This document shows positions 50,118 to 60,245 of a DNA stretch of 64,000 nucleotides, piece after piece. Below the pieces are notes generated by a model. The model saw only the letters and a program-made list of their open reading frames with translations. It made no database searches and was not told the origin of the DNA. Source of the DNA: an uncultured Mycoplasmatota bacterium (GTDB lineage Bacteria > Bacillota_I > Bacilli_A > RF39 > UBA660); assembly GCA_946497145.1 (NCBI GenBank), contig CAMMJA010000001.1:21334-85333 (forward strand), in the 5' to 3' direction. Within the stretch, counting starts at the first letter, position 1, and each line of letters starts with the position of its first letter. The translations under genes and the position numbers were made by a program.

Positions 50118-51854
50118 ATGAGTATCATTCAAGAAACCAAAGACCAAATCACCAAAATGATTCAAGATTTGGGATATGAAGTAACACAAGTCAATTTTCA
50201 AGAATCAAATCGAAAAGATTTGGGTGATTACCAAATTACGGATGCGATGCAATTAGCCAAAACGTATCATAAAAATCCACAAATCATTGCGCAAGAAATT
50301 AAAGAAGTGCTAGACAAAAGTAATTTGTTTGAAAAAGTTACCATTGCTGGCCCTGGGTTTCTTAACGTAACGTTTAAGGATCAATATTTATTAGATGCTT
50401 TAAATAAAATGAATGAATCGCTATATAATAATTTAGATTTAGTAGAAAAAAAGAAAGTATTGATCGATTATGGTGGCGCGAATATTGCGAAAACATTACA
50501 CGTAGGTCATTTGCGCAGTGCCAATTTGGGAGAAGCACTCAAGCGTTTGGCTCGTTTGTTAGGAAACGAAGTCATTTCTGATGTACATTTTGGCGATATT
50601 GGAAGGCAATCAGGAATGGTTATTTATGAAATCAAACAACGATATCCAAACCTAAATTATTTTGATGAATCATGTACGGGACCTTATGATCCACTGCCCA
50701 TCACCGTAGAAGATTTACAGGAAATTTATCCACTAGCAAGTCAAAAAGCCAAAGAAAATGAGAAAGTACTAGAAGAAGTACGCGAGATTACAATGAAAAT
50801 AGAACAGGGAGATCGTGGGTATACAGAACTATGGAATAAGATTAAAGAACTTTCTGTTCAAGATATTAAACAGATTTATCGTCGGATCAATACTGATTTT
50901 GATCTTTGGGAAGGAGAAACAGATTCTTTTCCATATATTCCAGAAGTTATCGAGAAGCTAAAAGAGAAAAACTTATTGTACGAAAGTGAAGGGGCTTGGG
51001 TTATCGATGTAAAGGAAGAAACCGATAAGGAACCGATGCCGCCTCTGGTCGTAATTAAAGCCAATGGAGGAACGGTTTATCAGACTAGGGAACTAGCAAC
51101 TCTTTTGTCTCGTGAAAAACGCTTTTCTTTAGACGAGATGTGGTATTTGACGGACAATCGTCAAGAACTTTATTTTAAACAATGTTTTCGTGCCGCTAAA
51201 AAAGGAAATTTAGTAAAAGAAGATACGAAGTTAAACTTTTATGGATTCGGAACGATGAATGGACCAGATGGGAAACCATTTAAAACACGTACAGGCGGTG
51301 TGATGAATCTTCTTGATTTAATCGAAATGGTAAAACAAGAAATCAGAAAAAGAATGAATCCTGCCATCGAAAAAGAAAAGCAAGAATCGATCGCAGAAAT
51401 CATTACTATTGCAGCCATTAAGTATGCTGACTTTTTATCCTTCCGCAGCAAAGATTATATTTTTGATGTCACCAAATTTGCAGATTTAGAGGGAAAAACA
51501 GGGCCTTACTTACTTTATTCAACCATTAGAATGAAGTCATTACTCGAAAAAGTGGGTTTACCAAATGGTCTTGCTACTAAGTTTAAAACGGTGACAGATC
51601 GAGAACTATGTATGGCTCTACTTGCCATGCCAACTGTTTTAACTATCGCATACACTGAAAAATCACTGAATGCCATTGCAGAATATTTATATCGTTTAGC
51701 CAGCATGTACAACAAGTTCTATGTAGAAAATAGAATTTCTAGTGAAGAAAACAGTGAAATTAAAAACACATGGTTGGTTTTAACTAAGGTTGTGAAAGAA
51801 ACTTGTGAATTGTTGCTTACAACATTAGGAATAGAAGTTCCAGAAAAAATGTAA
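50118..51854 (+). CDS. argS: arginine--tRNA ligase
   Basis: HIGH motif variant HVGHLRSA, class I core and DALR anticodon-binding domain. Start ATG 50118 (RBS GAGGTGA). Confidence 0.95.
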   Translation: MSIIQETKDQITKMIQDLGYEVTQVNFQESNRKDLGDYQITDAMQLAKTYHKNPQIIAQEIKEVLDKSNLFEKVTIAGPGFLNVTFKDQYLLDALNKMNESLYNNLDLVEKKKVLIDYGGANIAKTLHVGHLRSANLGEALKRLARLLGNEVISDVHFGDIGRQSGMVIYEIKQRYPNLNYFDESCTGPYDPLPITVEDLQEIYPLASQKAKENEKVLEEVREITMKIEQGDRGYTELWNKIKELSVQDIKQIYRRINTDFDLWEGETDSFPYIPEVIEKLKEKNLLYESEGAWVIDVKEETDKEPMPPLVVIKANGGTVYQTRELATLLSREKRFSLDEMWYLTDNRQELYFKQCFRAAKKGNLVKEDTKLNFYGFGTMNGPDGKPFKTRTGGVMNLLDLIEMVKQEIRKRMNPAIEKEKQESIAEIITIAAIKYADFLSFRSKDYIFDVTKFADLEGKTGPYLLYSTIRMKSLLEKVGLPNGLATKFKTVTDRELCMALLAMPTVLTIAYTEKSLNAIAEYLYRLASMYNKFYVENRISSEENSEIKNTWLVLTKVVKETCELLLTTLGIEVPEKM

Positions 51855-51975
51855 AAACTGTTGCAATTGCATTAAAATAATGATATAAGTTTAATTGATT
51901 ATTTTAACTAATTCAAAAACTATTTTCTTATCATGTGCATATAATGATATGATTTAAAACATAGGAGGACAAATC

Positions 51976-52416
51976 ATGAACTTAAAAAAAATGTCAAAAG
52001 AAGAATTAGAATCATTGTCATATAAGGATTTAACTTATTTATTATTAGAAGAAAATAAAAATATGAATACGGCAGATATTTTTCGTCAAATCGTCGATCT
52101 ATTAGGGCTTCCTGAAACAGTTTTTACAGCGAAAATTGGTGATTTTTATACCTCTCTTACTACAGATAAACGTTTCTTATTATTAGAAGATGGTTCATGG
52201 GATTTGAGAAGTCGTCATACGTCTGATAAAATTGTGAAAGCAACAGATGAAGACGACGAAGAAATCGAAGAGGTAAAAGAAGAAGATGAAGAAAAAGAAG
52301 AACCAGAAGAGGATAACTACGATTCCGGTGATGAAGAAGATGATTTTGATGAACCAGACGATGAATTAAAAGATTTGGTGGTTATCGATGAAGATGAACT
52401 AGAATTAGAACAGTAA
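51976..52416 (+). CDS. rpoE: DNA-directed RNA polymerase delta subunit
   Basis: 146 aa. HARE-HTH N-domain plus a polyacidic tail (DEDDEEIEEVKEEDEEKEE...). Confidence 0.85.
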   Translation: MNLKKMSKEELESLSYKDLTYLLLEENKNMNTADIFRQIVDLLGLPETVFTAKIGDFYTSLTTDKRFLLLEDGSWDLRSRHTSDKIVKATDEDDEEIEEVKEEDEEKEEPEEDNYDSGDEEDDFDEPDDELKDLVVIDEDELELEQ

Positions 52417-52489
52417 TTCTAGTTTTTTTAGAAATAGTTGTATCTCTATTTTTGTCTATGATATAATACCAAAAGAAAGGGTGAGGAAA

Positions 52490-53554
52490 ATGATAGAACG
52501 ACTAGAAGCAACCCAAAAAAGATATCAAGAAATAGAAAATGCTTTAACAAAAGAAGAGACCTTGAGCGATATAAAAAAAACCAAAGAACTATCAAAAGAG
52601 TTGGCCGATTTGGAAGAAGTAGTAACTTGTTATCGCACTTATACAAAATTGTTACAGGACATCGAAGATACCAAAGAGATGGTCAAAGATAAAGAATTGG
52701 GTGAAATGGCGAAAGAAGAGTTAACAAGTTTAGAAGAGCAAAAAGCGAAATTAGAACAAGAATTAGAATATTTATTGATACCAAAAGATCCGAATGATGA
52801 TAAGAACGTCATCGTCGAAATTCGTGGCGCGGCAGGTGGAGACGAGGCCAATATTTTTGCTGGAGATTTGTTTCGTATGTACAGTCGCTATGCAGAAAAG
52901 AAAGGTTATAAGATCGATGTTTACGATGCCATTGAGGGCGAAGCAGGAGGATATAGTCAAATTGAATTTATGATCAAAGGACAAGGTGCTTACAGCAAGT
53001 TTAAATATGAAAGTGGATCTCATCGGGTACAAAGAGTTCCAACGACAGAGTCCAACGGACGTTTGCAAACCTCAACTGCTACTGTGTTAGTAATGCCAGA
53101 AGCAGAAGAAGTAGATATCGAGATTAAACCATCTGATTTGCGAATCGATATTTTTCGAAGCAGTGGTTGTGGTGGACAAGGTGTCAATACCACCGATAGT
53201 GCTGTAAGAATTACGCATTTACCTACCAATACTGTAGTTACCTGTCAAAATGAAAGAAGTCAAATTCAAAATAAAGAGCAGGCCATGAAAGTGTTAAAAT
53301 CCCGTCTTTATGAACAAAAGGTACGTGAACAAGAAGAAAAAGAAGGATCGATGCGAAGAAGTAAAATTGGAACGGGTGATCGAGCTGAAAAAATTAGAAC
53401 CTACAATTATCCACAAAACCGTGTAACGGATCACCGCATCGGGTTTACTACCAAGAATTTAGATCGTATCATGGATGGAGATTTAGACGAAGTGATCGAT
53501 GCTTTGACCTTTGAAGATCAAAAAAGAAAACTGTTGAAAGAAGAAACGGTATGA
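52490..53554 (+). CDS. prfA: peptide chain release factor 1
   Basis: PxT-type motif region and GGQ motif (SGCGGQGVNTTDSAVR). Start ATG 52490 after the TATAAT promoter. Confidence 0.95.
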   Translation: MIERLEATQKRYQEIENALTKEETLSDIKKTKELSKELADLEEVVTCYRTYTKLLQDIEDTKEMVKDKELGEMAKEELTSLEEQKAKLEQELEYLLIPKDPNDDKNVIVEIRGAAGGDEANIFAGDLFRMYSRYAEKKGYKIDVYDAIEGEAGGYSQIEFMIKGQGAYSKFKYESGSHRVQRVPTTESNGRLQTSTATVLVMPEAEEVDIEIKPSDLRIDIFRSSGCGGQGVNTTDSAVRITHLPTNTVVTCQNERSQIQNKEQAMKVLKSRLYEQKVREQEEKEGSMRRSKIGTGDRAEKIRTYNYPQNRVTDHRIGFTTKNLDRIMDGDLDEVIDALTFEDQKRKLLKEETV

Positions 53555-54375
53555 CCGTAGAAGAGTTGTTGATTTATGGTTATCAACATTTGCACAAAGA
53601 TCAAGTGCGTATGTTGTTAGGGGTTCTTTTGGGTTACAATCCTTTAGAATTATTGAATCATTTAGAAGAAGCAGTCGATGAAAAAACAAGACATATTTAT
53701 CAAAAAAGCATTGACGCTTTGTTGACAAACAAACCCATTCAATACGTATTAGGCAACGTCAATTTCTATGGAAATCGTTTTAAAGTTAACGAAAATGTAT
53801 TGATACCACGATTTGAGACAGAAGAGCTGGTAGAACATACTTTACACTATTTGGATACATATTTTCCTGGTGCTGTTCGTGTTTTAGATTTAGGGTGTGG
53901 CAGTGGAGTCATTGGGATTACTTTAAAAAAGAAGCGACCTCAGTTAGATGTCACCATGCTCGACATTAGTCCTTCGGCATTAGAAGTGGCCAAAGAAAAT
54001 GCCAAAGAATTAAATGCTAACGTCACATTCATGGAAAGTGATATGTTTCAAAAAGTAGAAGGGACGTTCGATGTAATCATCAGCAATCCTCCTTATATCA
54101 AAGAAGAAGAGGAAATTGACCCTTTGGTAAAAGACAACGAACCACCTTTGGCTTTGTATGCAGGAAAAGATGGTTTAGATTGTTATCGTAAAATTTTAAA
54201 AGATGTGAAAAAACATCTCAATAAACGTTATTTATTGGCTTTTGAAATTGGTTGCGATCAAAAAGAAGCCGTGGAAGAGTTGATCAATCAGTATTTAGAT
54301 AATGTTTCCATCGAAATCAAAAAGGACCTACAAGGTCGAAATAGAATGGTTTTTGTATGGAACAATGATGTATAA
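53551..54375 (+). CDS. prmC: release factor glutamine N5-methyltransferase PrmC/HemK
   Basis: 274 aa. DLGCGSG SAM motif and NPPY. Confidence 0.9.
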   Translation: MTVEELLIYGYQHLHKDQVRMLLGVLLGYNPLELLNHLEEAVDEKTRHIYQKSIDALLTNKPIQYVLGNVNFYGNRFKVNENVLIPRFETEELVEHTLHYLDTYFPGAVRVLDLGCGSGVIGITLKKKRPQLDVTMLDISPSALEVAKENAKELNANVTFMESDMFQKVEGTFDVIISNPPYIKEEEEIDPLVKDNEPPLALYAGKDGLDCYRKILKDVKKHLNKRYLLAFEIGCDQKEAVEELINQYLDNVSIEIKKDLQGRNRMVFVWNNDV

Positions 54376-54419
54376 ACATAAAAAAGACCACCCATCATAG
54401 AATGAAAGGTGGTTTTCTT

Positions 54420-54950
54420 ATGAAAAAATGGGCATTGGCAATTTTGGTAGTTTTGGTAATTTTTATGGTAAGTCATGTAGAAGCAGAAGAAGTGATGATC
54501 CCAAATGAGGCCATTCGCCTTCGGGTGATTCCAAACAGTAACGAAGAGAAAGATCAATGGATCAAACAACAAGTAAGAGATAATATTCAACAAGAAATTT
54601 ACGATTTATTAAAAGATGTAAAAAGTATTGAGGAAGCAAGAACTCTTTTAAAAGAGAATATCAAAGATTTCGAAGTTATTGTTGAAGATACGCTAAAACA
54701 AAATGAAATCCAAGAAACATTTCAACTAAATTATGGTATGAACTATTTCCCTCAAAAAGTGTATAAAGGTGTTACGTATGAAGAGGGTTACTATGAATCT
54801 ATGGTCATTACTTTAGGAAAAGGAGAAGGCGACAATTGGTGGTGTGTCTTGTTTCCACCTTTATGTTTATTAGAAGCAGACGAAACGCAACAACAAGATG
54901 AAGTAGAGTATAAATTTTTTGTAAAAGAACTCATCGATAAATTTTTCTAG
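54420..54950 (+). CDS. spoIIR: stage II sporulation protein R
   Basis: Signal peptide, IRLRVIPNSNEEKDQ and C-terminal NWWCVLFPPLC match SpoIIR hallmarks. Start at ATG MKKWALAI. Confidence 0.8.
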   Translation: MKKWALAILVVLVIFMVSHVEAEEVMIPNEAIRLRVIPNSNEEKDQWIKQQVRDNIQQEIYDLLKDVKSIEEARTLLKENIKDFEVIVEDTLKQNEIQETFQLNYGMNYFPQKVYKGVTYEEGYYESMVITLGKGEGDNWWCVLFPPLCLLEADETQQQDEVEYKFFVKELIDKFF

Positions 54951-54996
54951 AATGAAAGATCGTTCAATTCCGTAAGATGTATCAGGAGTTGATAAC

Positions 54997-55542
54997 ATGC
55001 CTTTTTTTCTTGCTACTTTATTAATCGGAATTGGACTAAGTATGGACGCATTTTCGCTTTCCATACTTTATGGGACATTGAATTTAAAAAAGCGAAAAAT
55101 TTTGTGGTTGAGTGCGATCGTGGGAATCTATCATTTTATTATGCCACTTTTGGGATATTTGATTGGGGATCATGTACTATCAAAGTTTATTTTAAATCCA
55201 GAAATTTTAGTAGCAATTATCTTTTGTGTCATAGCAGGACAAATGTTATATTCTCTAAAACAAGAAGAAGAAATAAAATCACTAGATGGTTTTTTTTCAC
55301 TTTTGTTGTTTGGTTTTACAGTAAGTATCGATAGCTTTTCGATCGGAATGGGATTTGGCACTTTACAACATACAATTTTTCATATTTTATTTGGATCTTT
55401 GATGTTTTCTCTCATCAGTTGTTTGTTTACTTACTTTGGATTAAGTATCGGCTCGACGTTAAGTAAAAAATTTGGAAAGATGGCTACTTTTATAGGGAGC
55501 ATAATTTTATTTGGTATGGCGATCTATTATTTTTTCATATAA
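54997..55542 (+). CDS. mntP: manganese efflux pump MntP (DUF204)
   Basis: 181 aa, 6 TM. Duplicated MDAFS / IDSFS motifs. Confidence 0.85.
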   Translation: MPFFLATLLIGIGLSMDAFSLSILYGTLNLKKRKILWLSAIVGIYHFIMPLLGYLIGDHVLSKFILNPEILVAIIFCVIAGQMLYSLKQEEEIKSLDGFFSLLLFGFTVSIDSFSIGMGFGTLQHTIFHILFGSLMFSLISCLFTYFGLSIGSTLSKKFGKMATFIGSIILFGMAIYYFFI

Positions 55543-55579
55543 CCATTAAAAATGTACATACTAAAAACGAGGTGATAAA

Positions 55580-55738
55580 ATGAAAAAACAAAAGAAGCAA
55601 AAAATGAAACGTGAAATAAAAGCCATCCCTAAAGTAACAGATCCAGCCAATGCATCATTAGAAAACAAGATTCAGACCATTGAACATGGCAAAGAGTATT
55701 ATAACAACGTAGAAGAACATATGGAAAACGAAAAATAG
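55580..55738 (+). CDS. small lysine-rich hypothetical protein (52 aa)
   Basis: Own translation gives MKKQKKQKMKREIKAIPKVTDPANASLENKIQTIEHGKEYYNNVEEHMENEK. Strong RBS GAGGTGA 7 nt upstream and a rho-independent terminator immediately downstream. Confidence 0.5.
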   Translation: MKKQKKQKMKREIKAIPKVTDPANASLENKIQTIEHGKEYYNNVEEHMENEK

Positions 55739-55740
55739 AT

Positions 55741-55771
55741 AGCCAAATAGTGTCAACTATTGGCTTTTTTG
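55741..55771 (+). terminator. intrinsic terminator
   Basis: AGCCAAATAG-tgtcaa-CTATTGGCT + TTTTTT. Confidence 0.65.
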
Positions 55772-55819
55772 TTTGACAAACTACTAATTACCATTCTATG
55801 ATTAAGTTGGGTGATAAGC

Positions 55820-56662
55820 GTGATTGTAAATAGTAGAGAAATGCTTCAACAGGCCAAAAAAGGGCATTATGCAGTCCCACACTTTAACATCAATAATTTA
55901 GAATGGACCAAATATATTTTAGAAGAGTGTCAAACGTTACAAATTCCTGTTATTTTAGGAGTTAGTGAAGGGGCAGCGCGCTATATGGGCGGCTTTCATG
56001 TAGTAACCATGTTAATCAAGGGTTTAGTACAAGATTTGGGTATTACCATTCCTGTTTGTATTCACTTAGATCATGGAAAAAGTGTCGAAGTATGTGTGGA
56101 AGCGATTCGTGCCGGCTTTACTTCTGTCATGATCGATGCATCGATGCTTTCATTAGAAGAAAATATTACAAAGACAAAGCAAGTAGTTGATTATGCCAAA
56201 AAATATGATGTAACGGTCGAAGCCGAAATTGGTCGTGTAGGTGGTAGTGAAGACGGTGTAGCTGATCAAATCTATTATGCGAAATTAGAAGATTGTAAAA
56301 GATTGTACGAAGCAACTAACATCGATTCTCTTGCTCCTGCTTTAGGAAGTGTACATGGACTTTATCATGGGGAACCAAAGTTAGATTTTGAAACAATGAA
56401 ACAAATTGACGATGCTCTACCAATACCATTAGTATTGCATGGTGGAACTGGAATTCCTGCGGAACAAATTCAAAAAGCGATTTTCTCTGGTATTTCGAAA
56501 ATCAACATTAATACCGAGTTACAAATCACATGGAGTAAAGCAGTGCGCAACTATTTAAAAGAGAATGATGTGGTCTATGATCCACGAAAGATTATTGGAA
56601 GTGGAGAATTAGCCATGAAGAAAAAAATTAGGGAAATTGTTCAAATATTTCAAACGAGATAA
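55820..56662 (+). CDS. fba: class II fructose-bisphosphate aldolase
   Basis: Class II aldolase motifs HFNINNLEW and HLDHG. Start likely GTG 55820 (MIVNSREML aligns with Bacillus Fba N-terminal length). GTG 55811 or ATG 55841 are possible alternatives. Confidence 0.9.
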   Translation: MIVNSREMLQQAKKGHYAVPHFNINNLEWTKYILEECQTLQIPVILGVSEGAARYMGGFHVVTMLIKGLVQDLGITIPVCIHLDHGKSVEVCVEAIRAGFTSVMIDASMLSLEENITKTKQVVDYAKKYDVTVEAEIGRVGGSEDGVADQIYYAKLEDCKRLYEATNIDSLAPALGSVHGLYHGEPKLDFETMKQIDDALPIPLVLHGGTGIPAEQIQKAIFSGISKININTELQITWSKAVRNYLKENDVVYDPRKIIGSGELAMKKKIREIVQIFQTR

Positions 56663-56720
56663 TGGGGAAACAAAATAGGAATGCGTAATACAATATAATG
56701 AGAACGTTTTAGAGGTGAGT

Positions 56721-57974
56721 ATGAAAACATTAGAAATCATAGGGAAACAAGAATTGAGCGGTGTTGTTCGAATTGCTGGTGCCAAAAATAGTGCTGTGGC
56801 ATTGATTCCTGCAGCCATTTTAGCAGACGATAAAGTAACGATATGTAATGTTCCAGAAATTACAGATACGGATGCTTTATGTGAAATTTTAGAGTATCTT
56901 GGAGTGAAAGTAAATAGAGCAAGTGAAAGTTTGGTTCTTGATCCCAAAGCGATCGAAAATAAGGAAATTCCAGAACATTTATCAAAAAAACTACGGGCTT
57001 CTTACTATTTTATGGGCGCTTTATTAGGAAAGTATAAAAAAGTAGAAATGTGTTTTCCGGGTGGTTGTTCGATTGGAGCAAGACCAATTAATTTGCATTT
57101 AAAGGGCTTTGAAAGTTTGGGTGCCAAGATTACCCAAGAAAAAGATCGTTATTGTGTGGAAGCAGAGGAATTAAAAGGTGCCAATATTTATTTAGATTTT
57201 GCTTCCGTTGGTGCTACGATCAATATCATGCTTGCGGCTGTAAAGGCAAAAGGAAAAACGGTAATCGACAATGCTGCCAAAGAACCAGAAATTGTCAATG
57301 TTGCAACCTTTTTGAATAATATGGGTGCTAAAATTACCGGTGCCGGAACAAGCACTATTCGAATTCAAGGAGTAGAAACGCTTTCTGGATGTTTCCATGA
57401 AGTAATTCCTGATCGGATCGAAGCAGGAACGTATTTAATTATTGGCGCATTGTGTGGAAAATATTTAAAAATAGATAATATTATCCCAGAACATTTAGAG
57501 GCACTAATTTCTAAATTAGTAGAAATGGGAGTAGAAGTCGATGTTCGACAAGATTACATCATTGTCAACAAACAAGAAAATTACAAACACGTATCGGTTA
57601 AAACGCTAACGTATCCTGGTTTTGCTACCGATTTGCAACAGCCATTTATGGTTCTTTTAACACAATGTACAGGCAAATCGATGATAGAAGAGACAATCTA
57701 TGAAAATCGTTTCATGCAAGTACCATATCTGAATAAAATGGGTGCAAATATCGAGATTAAAGACCGTAAGGCCACAATTCAGGGACCAACGCCATTAATG
57801 GGATGTGAAGTAGAAGCAACAGACTTAAGAGCCGGTGCTTCCTTAGTCGCCGCAGCATTAGCAGCAGAAGGAAAAACGACCATTAAAAATGTAGAACATA
57901 TTTTAAGGGGATACGAGCAAATAGTAGAAAAACTGACAAACATAGGTGCTAAAATAGAGATCAAAGAAATATAG
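56721..57974 (+). CDS. murA: UDP-N-acetylglucosamine 1-carboxyvinyltransferase
   Basis: EPT fold. Active-site Cys loop (GGCSIGARPINLH). Start ATG MKTLEI. Confidence 0.95.
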   Translation: MKTLEIIGKQELSGVVRIAGAKNSAVALIPAAILADDKVTICNVPEITDTDALCEILEYLGVKVNRASESLVLDPKAIENKEIPEHLSKKLRASYYFMGALLGKYKKVEMCFPGGCSIGARPINLHLKGFESLGAKITQEKDRYCVEAEELKGANIYLDFASVGATINIMLAAVKAKGKTVIDNAAKEPEIVNVATFLNNMGAKITGAGTSTIRIQGVETLSGCFHEVIPDRIEAGTYLIIGALCGKYLKIDNIIPEHLEALISKLVEMGVEVDVRQDYIIVNKQENYKHVSVKTLTYPGFATDLQQPFMVLLTQCTGKSMIEETIYENRFMQVPYLNKMGANIEIKDRKATIQGPTPLMGCEVEATDLRAGASLVAAALAAEGKTTIKNVEHILRGYEQIVEKLTNIGAKIEIKEI

Positions 57975-57977
57975 TAT

Positions 57978-57999
57978 ATAGAGTGATCTCTATTTTTTT
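57978..57999 (+). terminator. intrinsic terminator after murA
   Basis: ATAGAG-tgat-CTCTAT + TTTTTT. Confidence 0.6.
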
Positions 58000-58013
58000 A
58001 TTGGGGGAATACC

Positions 58014-58766
58014 ATGAAATATAAAAAATTAATTCTTGGTCTTGTCGTTTTTCTTTCTGTTTTTGTTATTTATCTTGGAACGAACGATAAAAAAATGAAC
58101 TATATTGCATTAGGAGATTCTTTAGCGAAAGGTCAAAATCCTTACGGTGAAATCAATTATGGATATGCAGATTATATTGCCAATTATTTAGAAAGAAATG
58201 ATTTGTTAAAATTTTATACGAAAGATTTTGCGGAAAGTGGTGATAAAATCAGTGATTTATTAGAAAAAATAAAAGACAATAGGACAGTTCAAGTTGGTGA
58301 TCAAATCATCAACATCAAATCGACATTGCGAGAATCTGATTTAGTAACAATTTCTATCGGAGCAAATGACTTTATCAAAAGTTTTCAATTAGAAAGTTTA
58401 GTTCAAGATTTGAGTGATGAGAATTTACTAAAAAAAGTAGATGAAATTTTACCACAATTGGACGAAGTGTTAAAAGAGGTAAGAAAATATGCAAAAAACG
58501 AGATAATTGTAGTAGGATACTACAATCCTTTACCACGTGCTACAAAATTGGTAGAGGAAAAGATTGATCAATTGTTTTCTTATGCTGATCAAGCGTATCA
58601 AAACATTTGTAAAAAATATGATATTACTTACTTAGGTATATATGATACCTTTAAAAATCACGATGATTATTTGCCAAATCCAATGGACATTCATCCAAAT
58701 ATTAAAGGATACGAAGCAATATCTAACATAGTAATTGATCATTTAGAAAAAAATATATTAAATTAA
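58014..58766 (+). CDS. SGNH/GDSL-family hydrolase (secreted or lipid-anchored)
   Basis: N-terminal TM/signal. ALGDSLAKG GDS(L) block, later GANDF. Confidence 0.75.
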   Translation: MKYKKLILGLVVFLSVFVIYLGTNDKKMNYIALGDSLAKGQNPYGEINYGYADYIANYLERNDLLKFYTKDFAESGDKISDLLEKIKDNRTVQVGDQIINIKSTLRESDLVTISIGANDFIKSFQLESLVQDLSDENLLKKVDEILPQLDEVLKEVRKYAKNEIIVVGYYNPLPRATKLVEEKIDQLFSYADQAYQNICKKYDITYLGIYDTFKNHDDYLPNPMDIHPNIKGYEAISNIVIDHLEKNILN

Positions 58767-58853
58767 CTTGCCAAACAATGCTTTTCCTGTTATACTAGTA
58801 ACGCATTACATTACTATGACAAGTTTTGTCATGGCGGAAGGAGAGAAGAAAAA

Positions 58854-59063
58854 ATGAAGAAAGATATTCATCCAAAACAACATATGATGAAATTTGTATG
58901 TGCTTGTGGAGAAACATTTACAGCACTTTCAACTCGAGAAGGGGAATCTTATCCAGTTGAAGTTTGTTCAAAATGTCATCCATTCTATACAGGAAAACAA
59001 AATAGAGCATCTAAAACTGGTAGAGTGGACAAATTCAACAAAAAATATGGTTTTGATAACTAA
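58854..59063 (+). CDS. rpmE: 50S ribosomal protein L31 (zinc-ribbon type A)
   Basis: 69 aa. CACGE...[12 protein letters not shown]. Confidence 0.93.
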   Translation: MKKDIHPKQHMMKFVCACGETFTALSTREGESYPVEVCSKCHPFYTGKQNRASKTGRVDKFNKKYGFDN

Positions 59064-59088
59064 GAAAAACGGAAGTTTTTCTTTTTTT
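59064..59088 (+). terminator. rpmE intrinsic terminator
   Basis: GAAAAAC-ggaa-GTTTTTC + TTTTTTT. Confidence 0.7.
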
Positions 59089-59100
59089 GTGAAAAAGGAT
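59074..59100. repeat. 27-bp direct repeat copy 1 (AGTTTTTCTTTTTTTGTGAAAAAGGAT) flanking the IS element
   Basis: Identical 27-mer recurs at 60219-60245 on the other side of the IS. Confidence 0.9.
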
Positions 59101-59106
59101 GTATAA

Positions 59107-60212
59107 TTGTAAATGATGTGAGACAAAAATAATAAAAATTGAAAAGCAATATGATATAGTTACTTTGTAATTATGAAATATTGTTTTTTTGTATAATTTG
59201 TTGTCTCATTTGTAATGGAGAAAGCCAATTTAACGATTGCATAGGAATATTATTAGAACGTTTTAAATAAGATTTCATTTGTTTAAGTAAATCATCGTAG
59301 GAATAGAAGTTAAGATAAGAATAAAATCTTTGTTGATCATTTCTATGACTTCGTTCAACTTTACCATTGTGTCTTGGAGTTCTTGGTTTAATAAGTTTAT
59401 GATTGATATCTAATGAATTTAGTAAAGTATCTACAGGATGTGTTTTATTGGTTTTTTTAGTATAAGTGAATTCTTGCCCATTGTCTGTTTGAATTGTTTG
59501 AGGTTTATAACCAAAGTAAAGAATAGCTCTCTTAATAAAATCTATTGTTGAAAAAGACGATTGTTCCTTATATGGATAAATAAATCTTTCCCGAGAAGCT
59601 TCGTCAATAACAGTGTATTGATAGAATTTATCAGGAATTTGACCAACATAACACTCTTTAGGAACAACTTTAACATCCATTTGCCATTTAATTCCTATAT
59701 TAGTAGGAGTGTCATACTTTTTAGGCGTGTACTTCTTGTGGTGTTCTGAATTAACTGGAAACTTTAACTTTCTAACGACTCTAAATAAAGAGCAGGCATG
59801 TCTAGAATAACCTTTTTCAACTCTCAATTTACCATATAATTCACAAAGAGAAATATTAGGATTTCTTCTTATATAGTTTTTAATCCAATAAAGTTCTTCT
59901 TTTGTATGAGAGTTAGGATGAGGAGTTAATGGTCTGTGAGATTTATCTAATAATGATTCTTTGGTACCATCAAATTTTTTATTCCACCTCATAAGAGAAG
60001 CTTTAGAACATTTATATCTTCTACACACAAAAGATATAGGATTTCCATTTCTATATAATAAAACTGCGTAATATTTAGTATTTAAACTATGTGGATAATG
60101 TGATATACTTGTCATGGCGATAAGTCCTTTCTGATTAAAATGTTTTGTTGATAATTACATTTTACTAGACTTATTGCTTTTTTAATATATATATGTCTCA
60201 CATCAATTGTAA
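59107..60212 (-). mobile_element. IS481-like insertion sequence (~1.1 kb, single transposase)
   Basis: Terminal imperfect inverted repeats TTGTAAATGATGTGAGACA (59107-59125) and TGTCTCACATCAATTGTAA (60194-60212), 16/19 match. Encloses an rve-type transposase. Inserted between the rpmE terminator and the next promoter. Confidence 0.75.
59171..60115 (-). CDS. DDE transposase, integrase-core (rve) type, IS481-family-like
   Basis: 314 aa. N-terminal HTH, DDE core (WQMDV...TVIDEASRE...QTDNGQEF) and HNGKVERSHR motif. Confidence 0.75.
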   Translation of the reverse strand: MTSISHYPHSLNTKYYAVLLYRNGNPISFVCRRYKCSKASLMRWNKKFDGTKESLLDKSHRPLTPHPNSHTKEELYWIKNYIRRNPNISLCELYGKLRVEKGYSRHACSLFRVVRKLKFPVNSEHHKKYTPKKYDTPTNIGIKWQMDVKVVPKECYVGQIPDKFYQYTVIDEASRERFIYPYKEQSSFSTIDFIKRAILYFGYKPQTIQTDNGQEFTYTKKTNKTHPVDTLLNSLDINHKLIKPRTPRHNGKVERSHRNDQQRFYSYLNFYSYDDLLKQMKSYLKRSNNIPMQSLNWLSPLQMRQQIIQKNNIS

Positions 60213-60218
60213 CTCTAC

Positions 60219-60245
60219 AGTTTTTCTTTTTTTGTGAAAAAGGAT
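60219..60245. repeat. 27-bp direct repeat copy 2
   Basis: Exact copy of 59074-59100. Confidence 0.9.
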
